A model generated the notes under the pieces. The model had not been told where the DNA came from. It worked only from the letters and a program-made list of their open reading frames with translations, and searched no databases. Source: Octopus vulgaris (lineage: Eukaryota). Taken from it: a DNA stretch of 64,000 bases. This document shows positions 1 to 15,170 of the stretch, piece after piece; the stretch's first letter is position 1; each line of letters begins with the position of its first letter. Position numbers and translations under genes: made by a program. The stretch covers positions 7,874,001 through 7,938,000 of the forward strand of contig OX597837.1 of the NCBI GenBank assembly GCA_951406725.2, given 5' to 3'.

Positions 1-930
1 TACCACCACCACCATTATAACTACTACTACTACTACCATCAGTTCTACTACTACAACCACCACCATCACCACCACTACAACCATTACTATCTTTGTCACT
101 AAAATTACAACCACCAGAACTACCACCACTACAATTACTACTACTACTGTAACCATTACTGTTACTACTACTACTCCTGTTATTGTTATCATTAGTGCTA
201 CTACCTTCAGTACAACTTCTACCACACCACCACCATCCACCACCATCATCCACCACAATAATTTCTACTACTCTTACTACTACTCATACTACAGTTACTA
301 GTTCTACTAATTCTGCTACTACCACCTTCACTGCTGCTGTCATCAAAAGCACTGCTAATAATACCACCACCACTACTACTACCACAATGACAATCATCAC
401 CATCACTACCACCACCACTACTACTACCACCATTATTGCTACTACTATCACCACCACCACCACAACTTCCACTACTATCATCAGTATAATTACCACCACC
501 ACCACCCAGCTACAATCTCCATCACCGCTCCAGTCACCATTGCCGCTACTACCATAACTGTTACTGCCACCAACACCACTACCACCATCACAATCACCAC
601 TGCCACTACCACCGTCACAACTACCGCCATCACCATAACCACCACCACTATAATCACCATAACCATTACCATACTCACCACCACCACAATCACCATTGCC
701 GCTACTACGATTACTGTTACTGCCACCACCACCACTACCACTGCTACCACCGCCACCACCACAACTACCACCGCTACCACCACCACTACATTCACCCTTC
801 CATCATTATCACCACCACTACTGTCATGACAACCACCCATAACCACCATCACCACCACCAGCACCACCACTACATTTATCCTCCCATCATTACCACCACT
901 ACTATTGCCACGACCACCACCCATCAATAA
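1..930. repeat. Degenerate (ACC/ACT/CAT)n trinucleotide low-complexity block
   Basis: Continuous imperfect cac/cat/act triplets; source of the Thr/Val-rich ORFs. Similar blocks at ~8340-9110, 10090-10430, 22510-22660, 23450-23950, 28520-29130, 40300-40575 and 45865-46275. Confidence 0.95.
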
Positions 931-1559
931 CAAAGAAACTGTACCCAATAAACTGAATCTATTTTGATTGTTTTTATTTTTTTTTCCCTGTTTTTAATTT
1001 TTTTTCAATTTCATTTGATTTTATTTCGATTTGAATTGATTGTTTTTGTTCTTTTATTTTTCTGGTTTTTAACTTTTTTTTAAAAAATGTCTTTTCTGGC
1101 ATTTTGGCATTTTACAGTTTCTTTGGTTTGTACTTTTTTTTAGTCTACCCTGGATACATACACACACACACATACATTCATACACACATACATACATAGA
1201 AGATAGAATGTAATGTGCATATGTACATACATATATATACACATACATGCATGAGTATTTGTATGCATGTGTATATAGAGTGTGTATCTATACACGTACA
1301 TATATGTATGCACAATTGTGTATGTATAAATCAGCATAATGTGTTCGCATGCATGTATGAGTGTGTCTGTAGACAGACAGACAGACAGATAGAGGGAGAG
1401 AGAGAGAGAGAGATGGATAGATGGAAAGATAGATAGATAGAAAGAGAGAGAGAGATAGAGAGCTGATCAGACAGATAGGTAGATAGACATACATACATAC
1501 ACACAAACAAAATGTCAGGTGGCTAACAGACACATAATTTTAAACCATATATACTAAAT

Positions 1560-1615
<56 letters not shown>

Positions 1616-2388
1616 TGCATATACATATATATACACCCACCCACATATACACATATATACACCCACCCACATATACACATTTATATGCACATACACACAC
1701 ATACATATTTATATGCACATACACAGTCACACACAGTTATATACACACACGTTCACATATGTATACACACAGATATAAATATAAGGTATTTCCCATAATA
1801 TATAAGCATTGCATTCCCGAAAAACTTTACATTATGACGAAATTATGTAGCATGGAACATATTTTCCATTCAGCTCCTTTCCGTGTTCGCTGACTTCCAT
1901 AATAACCCATAAATCATCAGAAAATATATTTCACTTTATGGAATTCCATCCACATCAGAGAAAGAAGCCGACATTCCTAGTTTACATTCATTACATCCAT
2001 CCTCACCCCAGTCTCCAACCGGCTCCCACTCTCCACACATATTCATGCATACACTATTCACTCACCCTTTCCAATGTCCTGCCCTCCGCTCTTTTTTATC
2101 AATCAATTTGTAATTTGTGGGCATGCTCTGACACCTCATTGCAGTCATATTAATGTCTCTTTACAGTTCCATCCCAGTTATTCTACCACCCACCCTTAAA
2201 TAATGCAAGGTAACCGTGTATTTATTTTGCAACTAGAAACCTGATCCTTTTTTAATTACATTCACTGCCAACTCCATCTCTAACCAGCTTTTACTATCAT
2301 CATCACCACCATCATAAGCAGCACCACTATAAACACCAACACTATCATCGCTACACATACACACACAATTCCACAAAATATCTTCACA

Positions 2389-2808
2389 GTGGCTGTGTGG
2401 TAAGTAGCTTGCTTACAAAACACATGGTTCCAGGTTCAGTCCCACTGCGTGGTACCTTGTGCAAGTGTCTTCTATTATAGCCTCGGGACGACCAAAGCCT
2501 TGTGAGTGGATCTGGTAGACAGAAACTGAAAGAAGCCCGTTGTTGTATATATATTTATATATACATATATATATATGTATGTGTGTGTATGCGTTTGTGT
2601 CCCCCCGCTCTTAACTTCACTTGACAACCGATGCTGGTGTATTTACGTCCCCATAACTTAGCGGTTCGGCAAAAGGGACCGATAGAATAAGTACTAGGCT
2701 TACAAAAAATAAGTCCTGGGGTCAATTTACTCAACTAAAGGCAGTGCTCCAGCATGGCCATAGTCAAATGACTGAAACAAGTAAAAGAGTAAGGGTGAAA
2801 AGAGAGTA
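2389..2808 (+). mobile_element. tRNA-derived SINE family A, near full length
   Basis: Pol III A/B-box-like head (gtggctgtgtggtaag...ggttcagtccc), internal (TA)/(TG) microsatellite, 3' tail ggcagtgctccagcatggcc...gactgaaacaagtaaaagag; many copies in the window. Confidence 0.9.
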
Positions 2809-3648
2809 ACTCTCCGGAAACAGCTGCTTCTAACTGTTAATGTGACACTCTTCTGCAATATCACTACTACAGCCTTTACTACCATTATCAGCTATAGCCA
2901 TACACTCTTATATATACTACCTCCAACCCTTTGAGATCTTCTAACACTAACCCCATCTGTACCCATCTCTCATACTCCCAACACACACTCTTGCAAAACG
3001 ATCCATCCACTCTTTACAGTACCCTACCCTTACGCTCTTTCCTATTCACCTTCTTGAATCTTAAGGGCATGCTCTGACACCTTACCACTCCTATAATTAT
3101 TTCTCTTTCCAGCTCCCAGTTACCACCATCCTACAGCAAGAAACCTGATCTCTGATACTGCTCCTTTTTTTTTAACTACATTCACCCTTACTCTACACCC
3201 CTTACCATCCCTCACTCTCCCCACATGCTCTTGCAAACACACCTTATCCACCCTTTCCGATAACCTATCCTTACACTCTTTTCTATTCCCCTGCTTGTAC
3301 CCTAAAGGCATGTTCTGACATCTCATCACGCCATCATTATTTCTCTTCCCTATTTCCTGCTATTCTCATTCTCCTTTACATAACGCAGCATAGTCATGTA
3401 ACTATTGTTGCCGTACACATTCACTAGCTTTCTTATAGAGGGGTCCAATGCTCTTAGACTTTTTGGGGGGAACAACCAGATTGAACCATCTCAAGTGTAA
3501 CTGTCCAAAATAGTTGTGACTTCTAGAACTTGACTGATGAAAGAAAACCAAGAATCACCTGTCTTTTTTTTTTGCCTGTCCTTCTAATTGTTGCTCACAG
3601 CCTTTTAGCTCTTGTTTCTAGCAATGTAGGTGTTCTAATACACTATAT

Positions 3649-3923
3649 CAGTAGTTCCCAAAATGGGCAATATTGCCCCCTTGGGGGCAATGGAAAGTTC
3701 CAATGGCGCATTGAAAAAAAGTGGGGCAATAATGAGGCAGATATTCATGTAAAAACAACAAAATAATGGATTCATTAGGTTAAGTTTTATTTGATAAATA
3801 CAGTTGCTTTGAATTTGCTTCGAAAAGAGGTCAATGTTTGTGATGGTTAGTTGGGGTGGGAGCATTAGGAATGTGACCTGGATGTCATGGGGGCAGCAGC
3901 CTGAAAAAGTTTGGGAAACACCG
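3649..3923. mobile_element. hAT/Charlie-like MITE
   Basis: Imperfect TIRs cagtagttcccaaa / tttgggaaacaccg of the CAGTGGTTCCCAA type; 8-bp TSD not preserved. Confidence 0.6.
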
Positions 3924-3933
3924 CTCTCTCTCT

Positions 3934-4516
<583 letters not shown>

Positions 4517-4710
4517 ATATATATATACAGAGAGAGAGAGAGAGAGAGAGAACCCATGCACATCAGCAACATTTGTCAATTTCTTGAAAATGGGGTCATA
4601 TCCCCAAAATACAAGGTAAGTCTACATTAATTCACATATGTTTTTTGTGATTTACTTTACATTGTTCTGGCCTTACCCACGATCTTTTATACAATATATA
4701 TATATGTATG

Positions 4711-4749
<39 letters not shown>

Positions 4750-5596
4750 TGGCTATTATGTTAAACTGTTGTATGTCCAAATGCGTTTTTTTTTTCAATA
4801 TTTATTTTTGCTTGCAATAGCCGATTCTTTTGGCCAAACCATCGTATCTCCAGCTGTTTCAGATGCCAAGATATAAAAACTGCCAAAGTGTACTACAAAG
4901 GCTTTGCTATGGAATGGTAAAACTATTTTTTCGCATTCTGAAAAAGCAACGTTTTGGACTTACGACACTTTTGCATAATAGCAACGCTATATATATATAT
5001 ATATATGTGTGTGTGCATGTGTATATAATATACTAGAGTGTTAATCGTCATATGACACATAGCTTAGAAAGAATTCTTTTGATGCCATGGATAATATCAA
5101 GAAATAGTGTTTGCATACAATAATTATAATTCATCTTTTATTACATTTCCTGGAACTTTTACAAAGTGATTACATGAATAGTAATTTTCAAAAGAAAAAT
5201 ATTTATTATCTTAAATATAAAATTAAATAAAACACATTCATCATTTGTATGTTTGCAATAAATGTTATTATTCATAAAGTACTGAGGTGAGATTATTCAA
5301 CAATTTTCTTCTTGAAGGTAGTACCACAGCGTGGTTGCAGTCTAATGACTGAAACAAGACAAACACACACACACATATACACACACATATATATATTCAC
5401 ACACATATACACACACACACATATATATATATAAACCAGCCAAAATTGAAAAGATAATCTGGAACTCGACTGAGGAAAGAAAACTCCGAGTGACTTGTCC
5501 TTGTTCCCTTGTATCGTCTGTCTGAATGTTTGTTGTCCCTTTTCTGTATCAACTAACTGTCTGGATGTTTTGCATTCTTGTCCCATTTTTGTATTT

Positions 5597-5637
<41 letters not shown>

Positions 5638-5831
5638 TTCTAATATAAGGATAAAATTTTATTAAAAATTTTTTTCAGTGGCCAGCATATGAAAAATACC
5701 TTTTAAGGTGAAAATTATACAATTATAGATAAGGGCAAAAAGAAAAATATTCTTTACCAATATGCTGAAAAACAGATGCTAAATTGTCTAACCACATAAA
5801 ATATTTTCTGTAGTTAAACAATACATACATA

Positions 5832-6210
5832 TGGAGGTGCAATGACCCAGTGGTTAGGGCAGTGGATTCACGGTCGTAGGATCGCGGTTTCGATTCCCAG
5901 ACCAGGCATTGTGAGTATTTATTGAGCGAAAACACCTAAGGCTCCATAAGGTTCCAGCACGAGGTGGTGGCAAACCCTGCTGTACTCTTTCACCTCAACT
6001 TTCTCTCACTCTTTCTTCCTGGTTCTCTTGTCCCTGTATTTCAAAAGCCAGCCTTGTCATACTTTGTGTCATGCTGAATCTCCCCAAGAACTACGTTAAG
6101 GGTACACCTGTCTCTGGAGTGCTCAGCCACTTGCACATTAATTTCATGAGCAAGCTGTTCCGTTGATCAGATCAACCAGTTCCCTCGTCATCATAACCGA
6201 CAGAGTGCCA
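5832..6210 (+). mobile_element. tRNA-derived SINE family D1
   Basis: tRNA-like head tggaggtgcaatgacccagtggttagggc...ggtttcgattccc; a homologous reverse copy lies at ~35250-35565. Confidence 0.8.
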
Positions 6211-6214
6211 CAGG

Positions 6215-6259
<45 letters not shown>

Positions 6260-6262
<3 letters not shown>

Positions 6263-6817
6263 AGTACCTTGGATTCCAGAACATACCGCTGTGCTTGAGG
6301 AGACCTGTTGAGTCAAGTACATGAACATCGAAATAAATATCAATGGAAATAGTAGTTGTGATACCTGTGCCGGTATCACATAAAAAGCACCATCCAAACG
6401 TGGCCGTTGCCAGCACCACCCCGACTGGCTTCTGTGCCGGTGGCACATAAAAAGCACCATCTGAATGTGGCCGATGCCAGCGCCGCCTCAACTGGCTTCT
6501 GTGCCGGTGGCACATAAAAAGCACCATCCGAACGTGGCCGATGCCAGCGCCGCCTCGACTAGCTTCCATGCCAGTGGCACGTAAAATGCACCAATCCGTC
6601 CATGGCCATTGCCAGCCTCGCCTGGCATCTGTGCAGGTGGCACGTAAAAAGCACCCACTACACTCGCGGAGTGGTTGGCGTTAGGAAGGGCATCCAGCTG
6701 TAGAAACACTGCCAGATCAGACTGGAGCCTGGTGCAGCCCCTGGCTTCCCAGACCCCGGTCGAACCGTCCAACCCGTGCTAGCATGGAAAACGGACATTA
6801 AACGATGATGATGATGA
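6260..6817 (+). mobile_element. RTE-type LINE 3' UTR (family C) with internal ~67-bp tandem repeats and (GAT)n tail
   Basis: Ends gagtggttggcgttaggaagggcatccagctg...ggacattaaacgatgatgatg; 4-5 repeats containing gtgccggtggcacataaaaagcacc; linked to RTE-like coding residues in the 15743-16290 copy. Confidence 0.75.
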
Positions 6818-7186
6818 TATATATATATATATATATAATGGTTGCATGGTTAAGAAGTTTGTCTGACAACCCACATCGTTTCAAGTTCCGTTCTGCTGCA
6901 TGGTACCCTTGGCTAAGAGTCTTCTACTAAAACTCCAGGCCGACCAAAGCTGTGTGAATAGATTTGCTAGACGGAACAAGAAGTGACTTTCACGATATGG
7001 TCTCCATAGCAGATGCACTTTTATAGTTCACACTGGTAAAGTTTAAAGATCGAATTCTGATATTGATTTTTGTTCAGGATTTGTGAACTTTTAAAATGTT
7101 TTTTCATACAGCAATTATAACACACCTGACTAAACATTTCTTTTTACAAATATCATAATACTGAAGTAAAATCAAAGTGTACTATT

Positions 7187-7223
<37 letters not shown>

Positions 7224-7224
7224 G

Positions 7225-7271
<47 letters not shown>

Positions 7272-7368
7272 GAGATATTTTCCCCAGGATTTTATTGCTT
7301 GTAATTCATGATGTACATTATACATGAGTGTGTATAAAACATGAAGCAATATACTGTGTACAGATGTG

Positions 7369-7399
<31 letters not shown>

Positions 7400-7425
7400 T
7401 TTGCATGCATGTGTATGTATATGTA

Positions 7426-7465
<40 letters not shown>

Positions 7466-7791
7466 AGCATCATTACCACCACCATCATCTCTATCTTCTT
7501 CAATATCATCATTGCCACAGTTATCATCATCACCATCACCAACAACATTTTCACCACCAACATCATCACTTTCATCACCATTGCCACAACCATCTTCACC
7601 ACCACCACCAGCACAAATAACGATAGATCCCAATCCTTAACCATCAACCTCATGAACAACAATCAACATCACCATCGACATCATTTTAAGAGGCTTCTAT
7701 AGAGACCATTACAAAGTTATCTTTAACAACAAAAACAACAATCATCACTATCATCACCAACAGATATAGCAATTTATAATCTTAGCAACAG

Positions 7792-7822
<31 letters not shown>

Positions 7823-7836
7823 TTATTATTATTATT

Positions 7837-8336
7837 GGGTGAGAGAGCAGTGCATGCCATTAAAGTGACACTGGGGTACAAATATACGAAGCCCAATATA
7901 CCTATCATGACTATCCGTCTGATAACGGTACACCAGGCACATGTATCACAACCATATGTGCATGACATGGTGATCTGATATCAAGATAAACAGCGCATGA
8001 CCTTGCAGGTGGAGACCAGTTAGAATTTTCTTGTGGTCGAGTAGCCCATCCCGCTCAAAAGGTCCTTGAATAAGGGTTGTTTAAGGATGTTGAACAAAAC
8101 ACTTATGTTTCCAAAGGTGAATAATCCAAATCCCAAAGAATCCCTCTCAACACATCGCTATGAAGCCTGCCCCCGCCACAACATCTGATCGTGATCAGCG
8201 ATACACATATCGTCAACCACTAAGGGACATCCTCAACTGGTTAAGGTCAAATAACTGACAAGCAAATCTGTGGTATTGAGCAGAATATTTGCTGCAGCCT
8301 ATCTTTTATACGAAGACAAAACAATGTACATGATAA
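7837..8336 (-). mobile_element. Non-coding (TAA)n-associated interspersed element (family E), 5'-truncated
   Basis: Reverse-complement homolog of 55745-56298; its 3' end abuts the (TAA)n run, which reads (ATT)n on the + strand. Confidence 0.8.
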
Positions 8337-9259
8337 ATTATTAAAATCATCACAGTATTCTTCTTCTTATTATTATTATTATTACTACTACTATCATCAT
8401 CACAGTATTATTATTATTTATCACAGTATGATTATTATTATTATTTTTATTATTAACACAGTATTATTATCATCATTATTATTATTATTATTATCATCAT
8501 CATCACAGTATTCCAAGTCAGTAGTAGCCATGATCACTATAGCCATCATGAAAACCATCTTTACCATAGTCATCAGCAGCATCACTATCATCATCAAAAC
8601 TGTCACCATCATCATCATCATCATGAGTATTGCCTTGTCATTCATCATCATTGCTATGGCGATTATCACACCATCAACAGCAGCAGCAGCAGCACCATCA
8701 CCATTATTATCAAATCTAACACATTCACCACCACCACCTCCACCACCACGAAAAATACTGCCATAGAAATCATGAGTCATCACCATCATCATCATCGTCT
8801 CATCATCATCATCGTCTCATCATCATCATCATCATCACAGCTGTAATTGGCAAACGCCGTCCTTATCAAGCAATCACCATCATCATCAAAGCAAATGACT
8901 GACAAACTTCATCATCACCATCATCATCATCATCACACCTGTAACTGACAATCATCATTATTATAAACATCACGAATGCAAATGTCATCATCGTCATCAT
9001 CATCGTCGTCATCACTGTTGTAACTGACAAACATCACAAATGTCTTCGTTATTGCAGTCATCATCATCATCATCATCACCTTTATCATCAAAATACTCCA
9101 CCTCCTCCTCCTCCCACCCACTGCACATTTATTATCCTCCCCCCCACCTCCACCCGCTTCTTTCTGTTATCAACAAACTGCTAATGTTGCACATATGCAC
9201 CACACCTTTTGCAAATGTGCACGTACACATGCAGCCAACACACACTCATACACCACTAA

Positions 9260-9294
<35 letters not shown>

Positions 9295-9656
9295 TCACAG
9301 AGACATGAACACACAAACCTACATACACACATACATACATCTGAAATACACTCACAGTTGTGTATGTGTGTGTTTGAAATGCACATACAGCACTCAAAAT
9401 ACACACACAAACATGCAACACAACACACACATACACCCTTACATATAACATATGCACACAAGCAGATACTACACTTGAAATACACACTCACACATACATA
9501 TGCACAACCTGCACACACACACACACACACACAATATACACACATGCAAACACACATACGACACTCGAAAAACACAAACACACACATACATACATAAAAC
9601 ACACACACACACACATACAACACTTGAAACACATACACACACATATGCACAACCTT

Positions 9657-9689
<33 letters not shown>

Positions 9690-11054
9690 ACACAAACAAC
9701 CTCCAGACATACATACAGCATTTGAAACACAAACACACACACGGAGTGCACACCCATATACACCCGTCATTCACACCCACACCCATTTCTCACCTCAGGT
9801 TCCAGAAATGTCCAATTAAATCCAGTGTGAACATCATCATCATCATCATCATCATCACCGCCACAAATTTAAGTCACAACACCCTCTTCTTCAGCATCAC
9901 TTCCATCATAAGCAACACCACCACAAACACCAACACTATCACGATTACACACACACACACACACACTGCCACCACCACCACCACCACCACCACCACCACC
10001 ACCACCGCTGTCATTCGCAGAATATCTTCACACTTCTCCTGAAGCAGCTGTTTCTAACTTCCTCAAATGAAGTTGACAATTTTCTGCAATACTACTACTA
10101 CTGCCTCTGCTACCATTACCATCAACACCATCATCATAGCTACTACCACCACCACAACCATTATCACCATCATTATCAACACCACTTCCACCATCATCAT
10201 TATCACCACCATCATCACAACTACCACTTCCACCATCATCATCATCATTATAACCACCATCACCACCACCACCACCACTATCAACATCATTACCATCATC
10301 ACCACTTCCATCATTACCATCACCATCATCACCACTTCCACCATCATTATCACCATCACAATCACCACCATCACCATCATTATCACCACGATCATCACCA
10401 TCACCACCACCATCATCACCACCACCACCACCAGAAAGAGGGAGAGATAGAGAAGAGAGAGAGGGGGATAGAAAGAGGAGAGAGGAAGGAGAGAGGAGAG
10501 AAATAGAATAGAGTGTATATATATATATAGAGAGAAAGGGGAGAGAGGAGAGAAAGATAGAGAGAAAGGGGAGAGAGAGGAGAGAAAGAAAGAGGGGAGA
10601 GAAAAGAGAGATAGGAAAGAGAGGGGAGAGAAAGTGAGAGGAGAAAAACGGAAGCAGAGGGAGAGTGGGGGTGGCCAGCGCTGGACCGGTTCCTCAATTG
10701 CTTTGTTAGCATATTTCTGTGGGAAAATAGACAACATTGTCTTTGTTTTAAATTTATTTTGAAAACAATAAAGAATTGAAGTCAAATAGTTTTGTTATTA
10801 TTATTATTATTAATTTGGTGTTTGAAAAATAGGCAAAGCTAACGGAATCATTACAGGATTGGTTAAAAAAAATTCCATGTGACATTTTAGTCTGGGTCTT
10901 TATTTTCCAGGTTCAAATTCTGCTCCGGCTAAATTTGCCTTCCAACCTTCCAGGGTCGATCAAATAAAGTATGAATTCACTATCAGAGCTGGTGGCATCA
11001 ATTAACCAGCCCCTCCCCTCAAAACTCCTGGATTCATGCATGTTTAAATCGGAA

Positions 11055-11460
11055 GGCTGTGTGGTAAGTAGCTTGCTTACGAACCACATGGTTCCTGGTT
11101 CAGTCCCACTGCGTGGCACCTCGGGCAAGTGTCTTCTACTATAGCCTCGGGCCGACCAAAGCCTTGTGAGTGGATTTGGTAGACGGAAACTGAAAGAAGC
11201 CCGTCGTATATATGTGTGTGTATATATATATATATATATATGTGTGTATATGTTTGTGTGTCTGTGTTTGTCCCCCCATTCAACATTCCTTGACAACCAA
11301 TGCTGGTGTGTTTACGTCCCCGTAACTTAGCGCTTCGGCAAAAGAGACTGATAGAATAAGTACTAAGCTTACAAAGAATAAGTCCTGGGGTCGATTTGCT
11401 CGACTAAAAGGTGGTGCTCCAGCATGGCCACAGTCAAATGACTGAAACAAGTAAAAGAGT
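11055..11460 (+). mobile_element. SINE family A
   Basis: Matches the family A consensus from head to gtaaaagag tail. Confidence 0.92.
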
Positions 11461-11665
11461 ATATGATGTTTGGAACACGAATTAACAGGAGACCTACCAT
11501 AAACAACAAGAAGGAACCACATGAAGCAGTCTGGTTACTATAGCAACACCAGTCTGCGCATGTCCCCTTCTTCCTCACCACACATCTGAGCAACAACCTT
11601 TCCATTTATACATAATTTGGAACCTAACATGAAATTCTCTTTTAAGAAGGCGTCAATAAAATAAG

Positions 11666-12197
11666 TACCGTAAATCTTCAAGTATAGTCCGCCCTTGAGT
11701 ATAATATGCAGGGGATTTTTAGGGGGCTGTACTTTTGAAAAATCTAAACCTTGTGTATAATACACACCCCTTCTCTAACTTGAGTCATGTGTAATTAATC
11801 CAGCAGCACCTAGTCGAACAAACACTTCTGCACATGCGTAATACAATAATGGTGATGTTCTTAACTGTTATATGGGAATGTAAATATGTTTGCAAATTGT
11901 TTTTGTTACATATTATTCTGTGTTCTGAATACTTTTATTTTAATAAATGTTGCTTACTGCAAGTTATGGATGATTCTTTTATGACTTCATTGCTTTCAGG
12001 CTTAGCTTAAGGTAGTTTTGCACCCGTTGAAATAAACATTGCACTGTGTTGAAATAAACATTGCCGGACAGCAAATAGAGACTTGGACATTGCTTAGAAA
12101 ATATTTTTCATTTTTAACCTCGTATATAGTATGCACTAGGGATTTTGACCTTTAAATTTTGGGAAAAAGTGCGGATTATACTCAAGGATTTATGGTA
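11666..12197. mobile_element. pogo/Tigger-like (Tc1-mariner) MITE
   Basis: TIRs taccgtaaatcttcaagtata / tatactcaaggatttatggta with TA ends and subterminal repeats. Confidence 0.8.
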
Positions 12198-13385
12198 TTT
12201 ATGCTTATGACATCAACTGTATGTTTTTAGAATGACATGGTAAGGTAGGTCTGAGAGGTTGGATCAGGTCAGTTTTAGCATAAAACAGGTAGAATATTTG
12301 GACCAGATATGGTTGGATTAAATGCTAATGGGTTACCATGATATTTTTTATGACACAGGTTAACAAAATAGAGTACCAGCTATCTACTGGGGCTGAGGGC
12401 ATCAACTAACCCTCTTTCATCTAAAATTTTATTGACCTTGCACCTAAATCAGCAACCATTATAGTTTTGAACAAGGGAATCTAGCTGAGTAGGGGTGCTA
12501 GATTCCCTTGTTCGAAAATATAAGGACACAGATCGTGTTGTACAGCCAGCAACATTCATCCTAAACCAGGACTGTCATGTTATGTTGGCAAACAATCTTT
12601 ACTCCATTAATCATTACTGTTCAGCATTAACAATTTTCCTAATTTGCTTTTTTGGGCAGGTGTTTTTCTTACATTAGCCCTGGAAGGATAAAAAGTAATG
12701 TTTGACTTCAGTGGGATTTGAACTCAGAATGCTAATAGCTGGAAGAGAACAAATACCACAGCACTCCAAAAATGATGTCAGAGCACGCAACTGAACTGTT
12801 ATTTGGTTTAATTAATCTTGCAAGAATAAAATGTGAAACTGCCTTCCTCTTCAGGATTTGAACTCAGAACGTAAAGAAGTGAAATATTTACTACAAGGTA
12901 TTTTGTCTGATCTTCTAACAACTCAACCAAATCAATGCCAAAATAGGCCAAAAATTACTGCTTAATATTGATTTCAGGAAATTGGTTTCTGCTGTCACAA
13001 ACACACACACACATACACACACATACAAATGCATCCATGTAGAAACACATACACACATGCATTTATATACATATACAAACATATAAACACCTATATACAA
13101 AAATATACATGTTTTAAGCACAAATGTATACATATATACAAACATATACATCTATCTATCTATATATTTACACACACACACACACATACAAATGCACATA
13201 TATTTATGCACACACACATACAAATGCATCCATATAGAAACACACATACACACATATATATGTATATATATCTACACACACATACACACATGCACTTATG
13301 TACATATACAAACACATACACACCTATTTACAAAAATATACATGTTTTAAGTACATAAATGTATACATCTATACAAACACATACA

Positions 13386-13442
<57 letters not shown>

Positions 13443-13481
13443 CCAGACATTAATTTAAGAAATATCATAACTTGCAGCATA

Positions 13482-13516
<35 letters not shown>

Positions 13517-14214
13517 TTATATACAGTTGACCTAATCAGCCATAAACTTAAGGTCTAATATTGATTTAAGACAATCTATTTTCTCACTCAGATATACACA
13601 CACACACACACACATATATATACATACATACACACACATATATATATTCTTGGCTTAATCGTCGATCTAAATACTGAACAATATCGAGTATTTTCTTTTT
13701 TTTTTCTTCTTTTTTCTTAAACAATATCTATTTCCAGTTTGAGTCCATGTGTATTTTCGCTCCAATCAATCATATCATAGCTTTTGGGGGAGATTTGCAA
13801 TTTCAAGCTAACAATTTAAATTTTACACACTATTAACCCCTTCTCGAACAGGAGGTGCGGCGAGTGCGTGGGAGGGCCGTTCTTGGGTTTATTTATTTGT
13901 TTGTTTGGTTGTTTGTTTATTTAACGATTACACGTTGATTGATTGTTTTAAGTTCTGGTTATACACATAACTATCGCAATTCCTATTTCGATAGGCCACC
14001 CACCCACACATACACAACATACACAACATAATTTAGCTTACTCTGTTTTTCTTTCTTTTCTCTCTCTTTCCTCATTTATCTGTCTGTTTGTCTCTTTATC
14101 TCTCTTTACCTATCATCATCATCATCGTCATCATTTAACATCTGTTTTCCATGATGGCATGGGTTGGACGGTGTGACTAAAAACTGGTAAGCCAGGGAGC
14201 CGCACCAGGTTCCA

Positions 14215-14380
14215 ATCTGGCTTATAAGGGGCCGGCTTCCCGGTTTCCTTGGCGTATAGGTTCCCCACCTGGACAGGACACCGGTCTGTCACAGGTGAGC
14301 TGCAAGATGCAGGAGGAAAGAGTGAGAGAAAGTTGTAACGAAAGTGTCAGCAGAAGTTCGCCAATACCTTCTGCTGAAGG
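14215..14380 (-). mobile_element. SINE family D2, 3' part
   Basis: Reverse complement of ~24205-24370 (ctcacctgtgac...ccaggtggggaacc...gaaaccggg). Confidence 0.75.
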
Positions 14381-14429
14381 TATTTTCCTCCTCTTGTTTG
14401 TTGTTAATACAGTGCCTATATAAATATAT

Positions 14430-14715
14430 GTTCTTTATTTGTTCTTTATGGACAGCTACTCTTTTACGTAAAGGGAGGCTTGTTTGTCCAACATAATTAT
14501 GTTGGCAACCGGCGCATGTGAGAACGTAGATAAGGTTCTCGGAGGAACAGAAGTTGGTCTTGATTTTAAACTTTGTTTCTTGTTTGAAGATAAATTCAGA
14601 GCCTTCAAGTAAGGAGGGGCAAGTGCCACAGTTTGGGCGTGCACATTTTTGAACTGCTGGGGGTGGATGTGGTGTGTGAAGTTTGGCATTTGTCAAGAGT
14701 TTTTTCAAAGATTTA
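14430..14715 (-). pseudogene. Penelope-like element GIY-YIG endonuclease fragment
   Basis: Translation KKLLTNAK...KCARPNCGTCP...NFCSSENLIYVLTCAGCQHNYVGQTSLPLRKRVAVHK carries the Cys linker and the IY...C-x2-C...YVGqT...R...H motif typical of PLE GIY-YIG domains; truncated at both ends. Confidence 0.85.
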
Positions 14716-15106
14716 TGTGTGTGTGTGTGTGTGTGTGTGTATGTCTATAAGCATATATGTGGGTGAAGGCTAGCTCTGTCCTTGCTGCTCTACTTAGGTG
14801 AAGGCAGAGCACACATCAAGGAGCAAAACGTTTGTGCCCCTGAGATACCGGCTGATGATGCAGAAGGGGTCGCAGCATAGCGATGGATTTAGAAGAGCTT
14901 GCAAAACTGCAAAAACCTCTGTGCAGCTCCTGCAGTTTGTGCATAGTGCAGTGCAGCGCTGTTGCTGATTTCTCCCTGTGTATTCTAAGTTCAGAAACTC
15001 GTTTGGCAAGGTGACTTGAAATAATTATGACCTCGTTATTATCAATTTCAATTGTTTTCATTACTTCTCATTATCTTTAGCCCAGATGATGAGAACCAAT
15101 ATTATG

Positions 15107-15170
<64 letters not shown>

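Noticed and set aside
6362-6660. CRISPR-like repeat-spacer appearance (also 22711-23442 and 45440-45632)
   Set aside because: The spacers are homologous to each other, the context is eukaryotic retroelement or minisatellite, and there are no cas genes.
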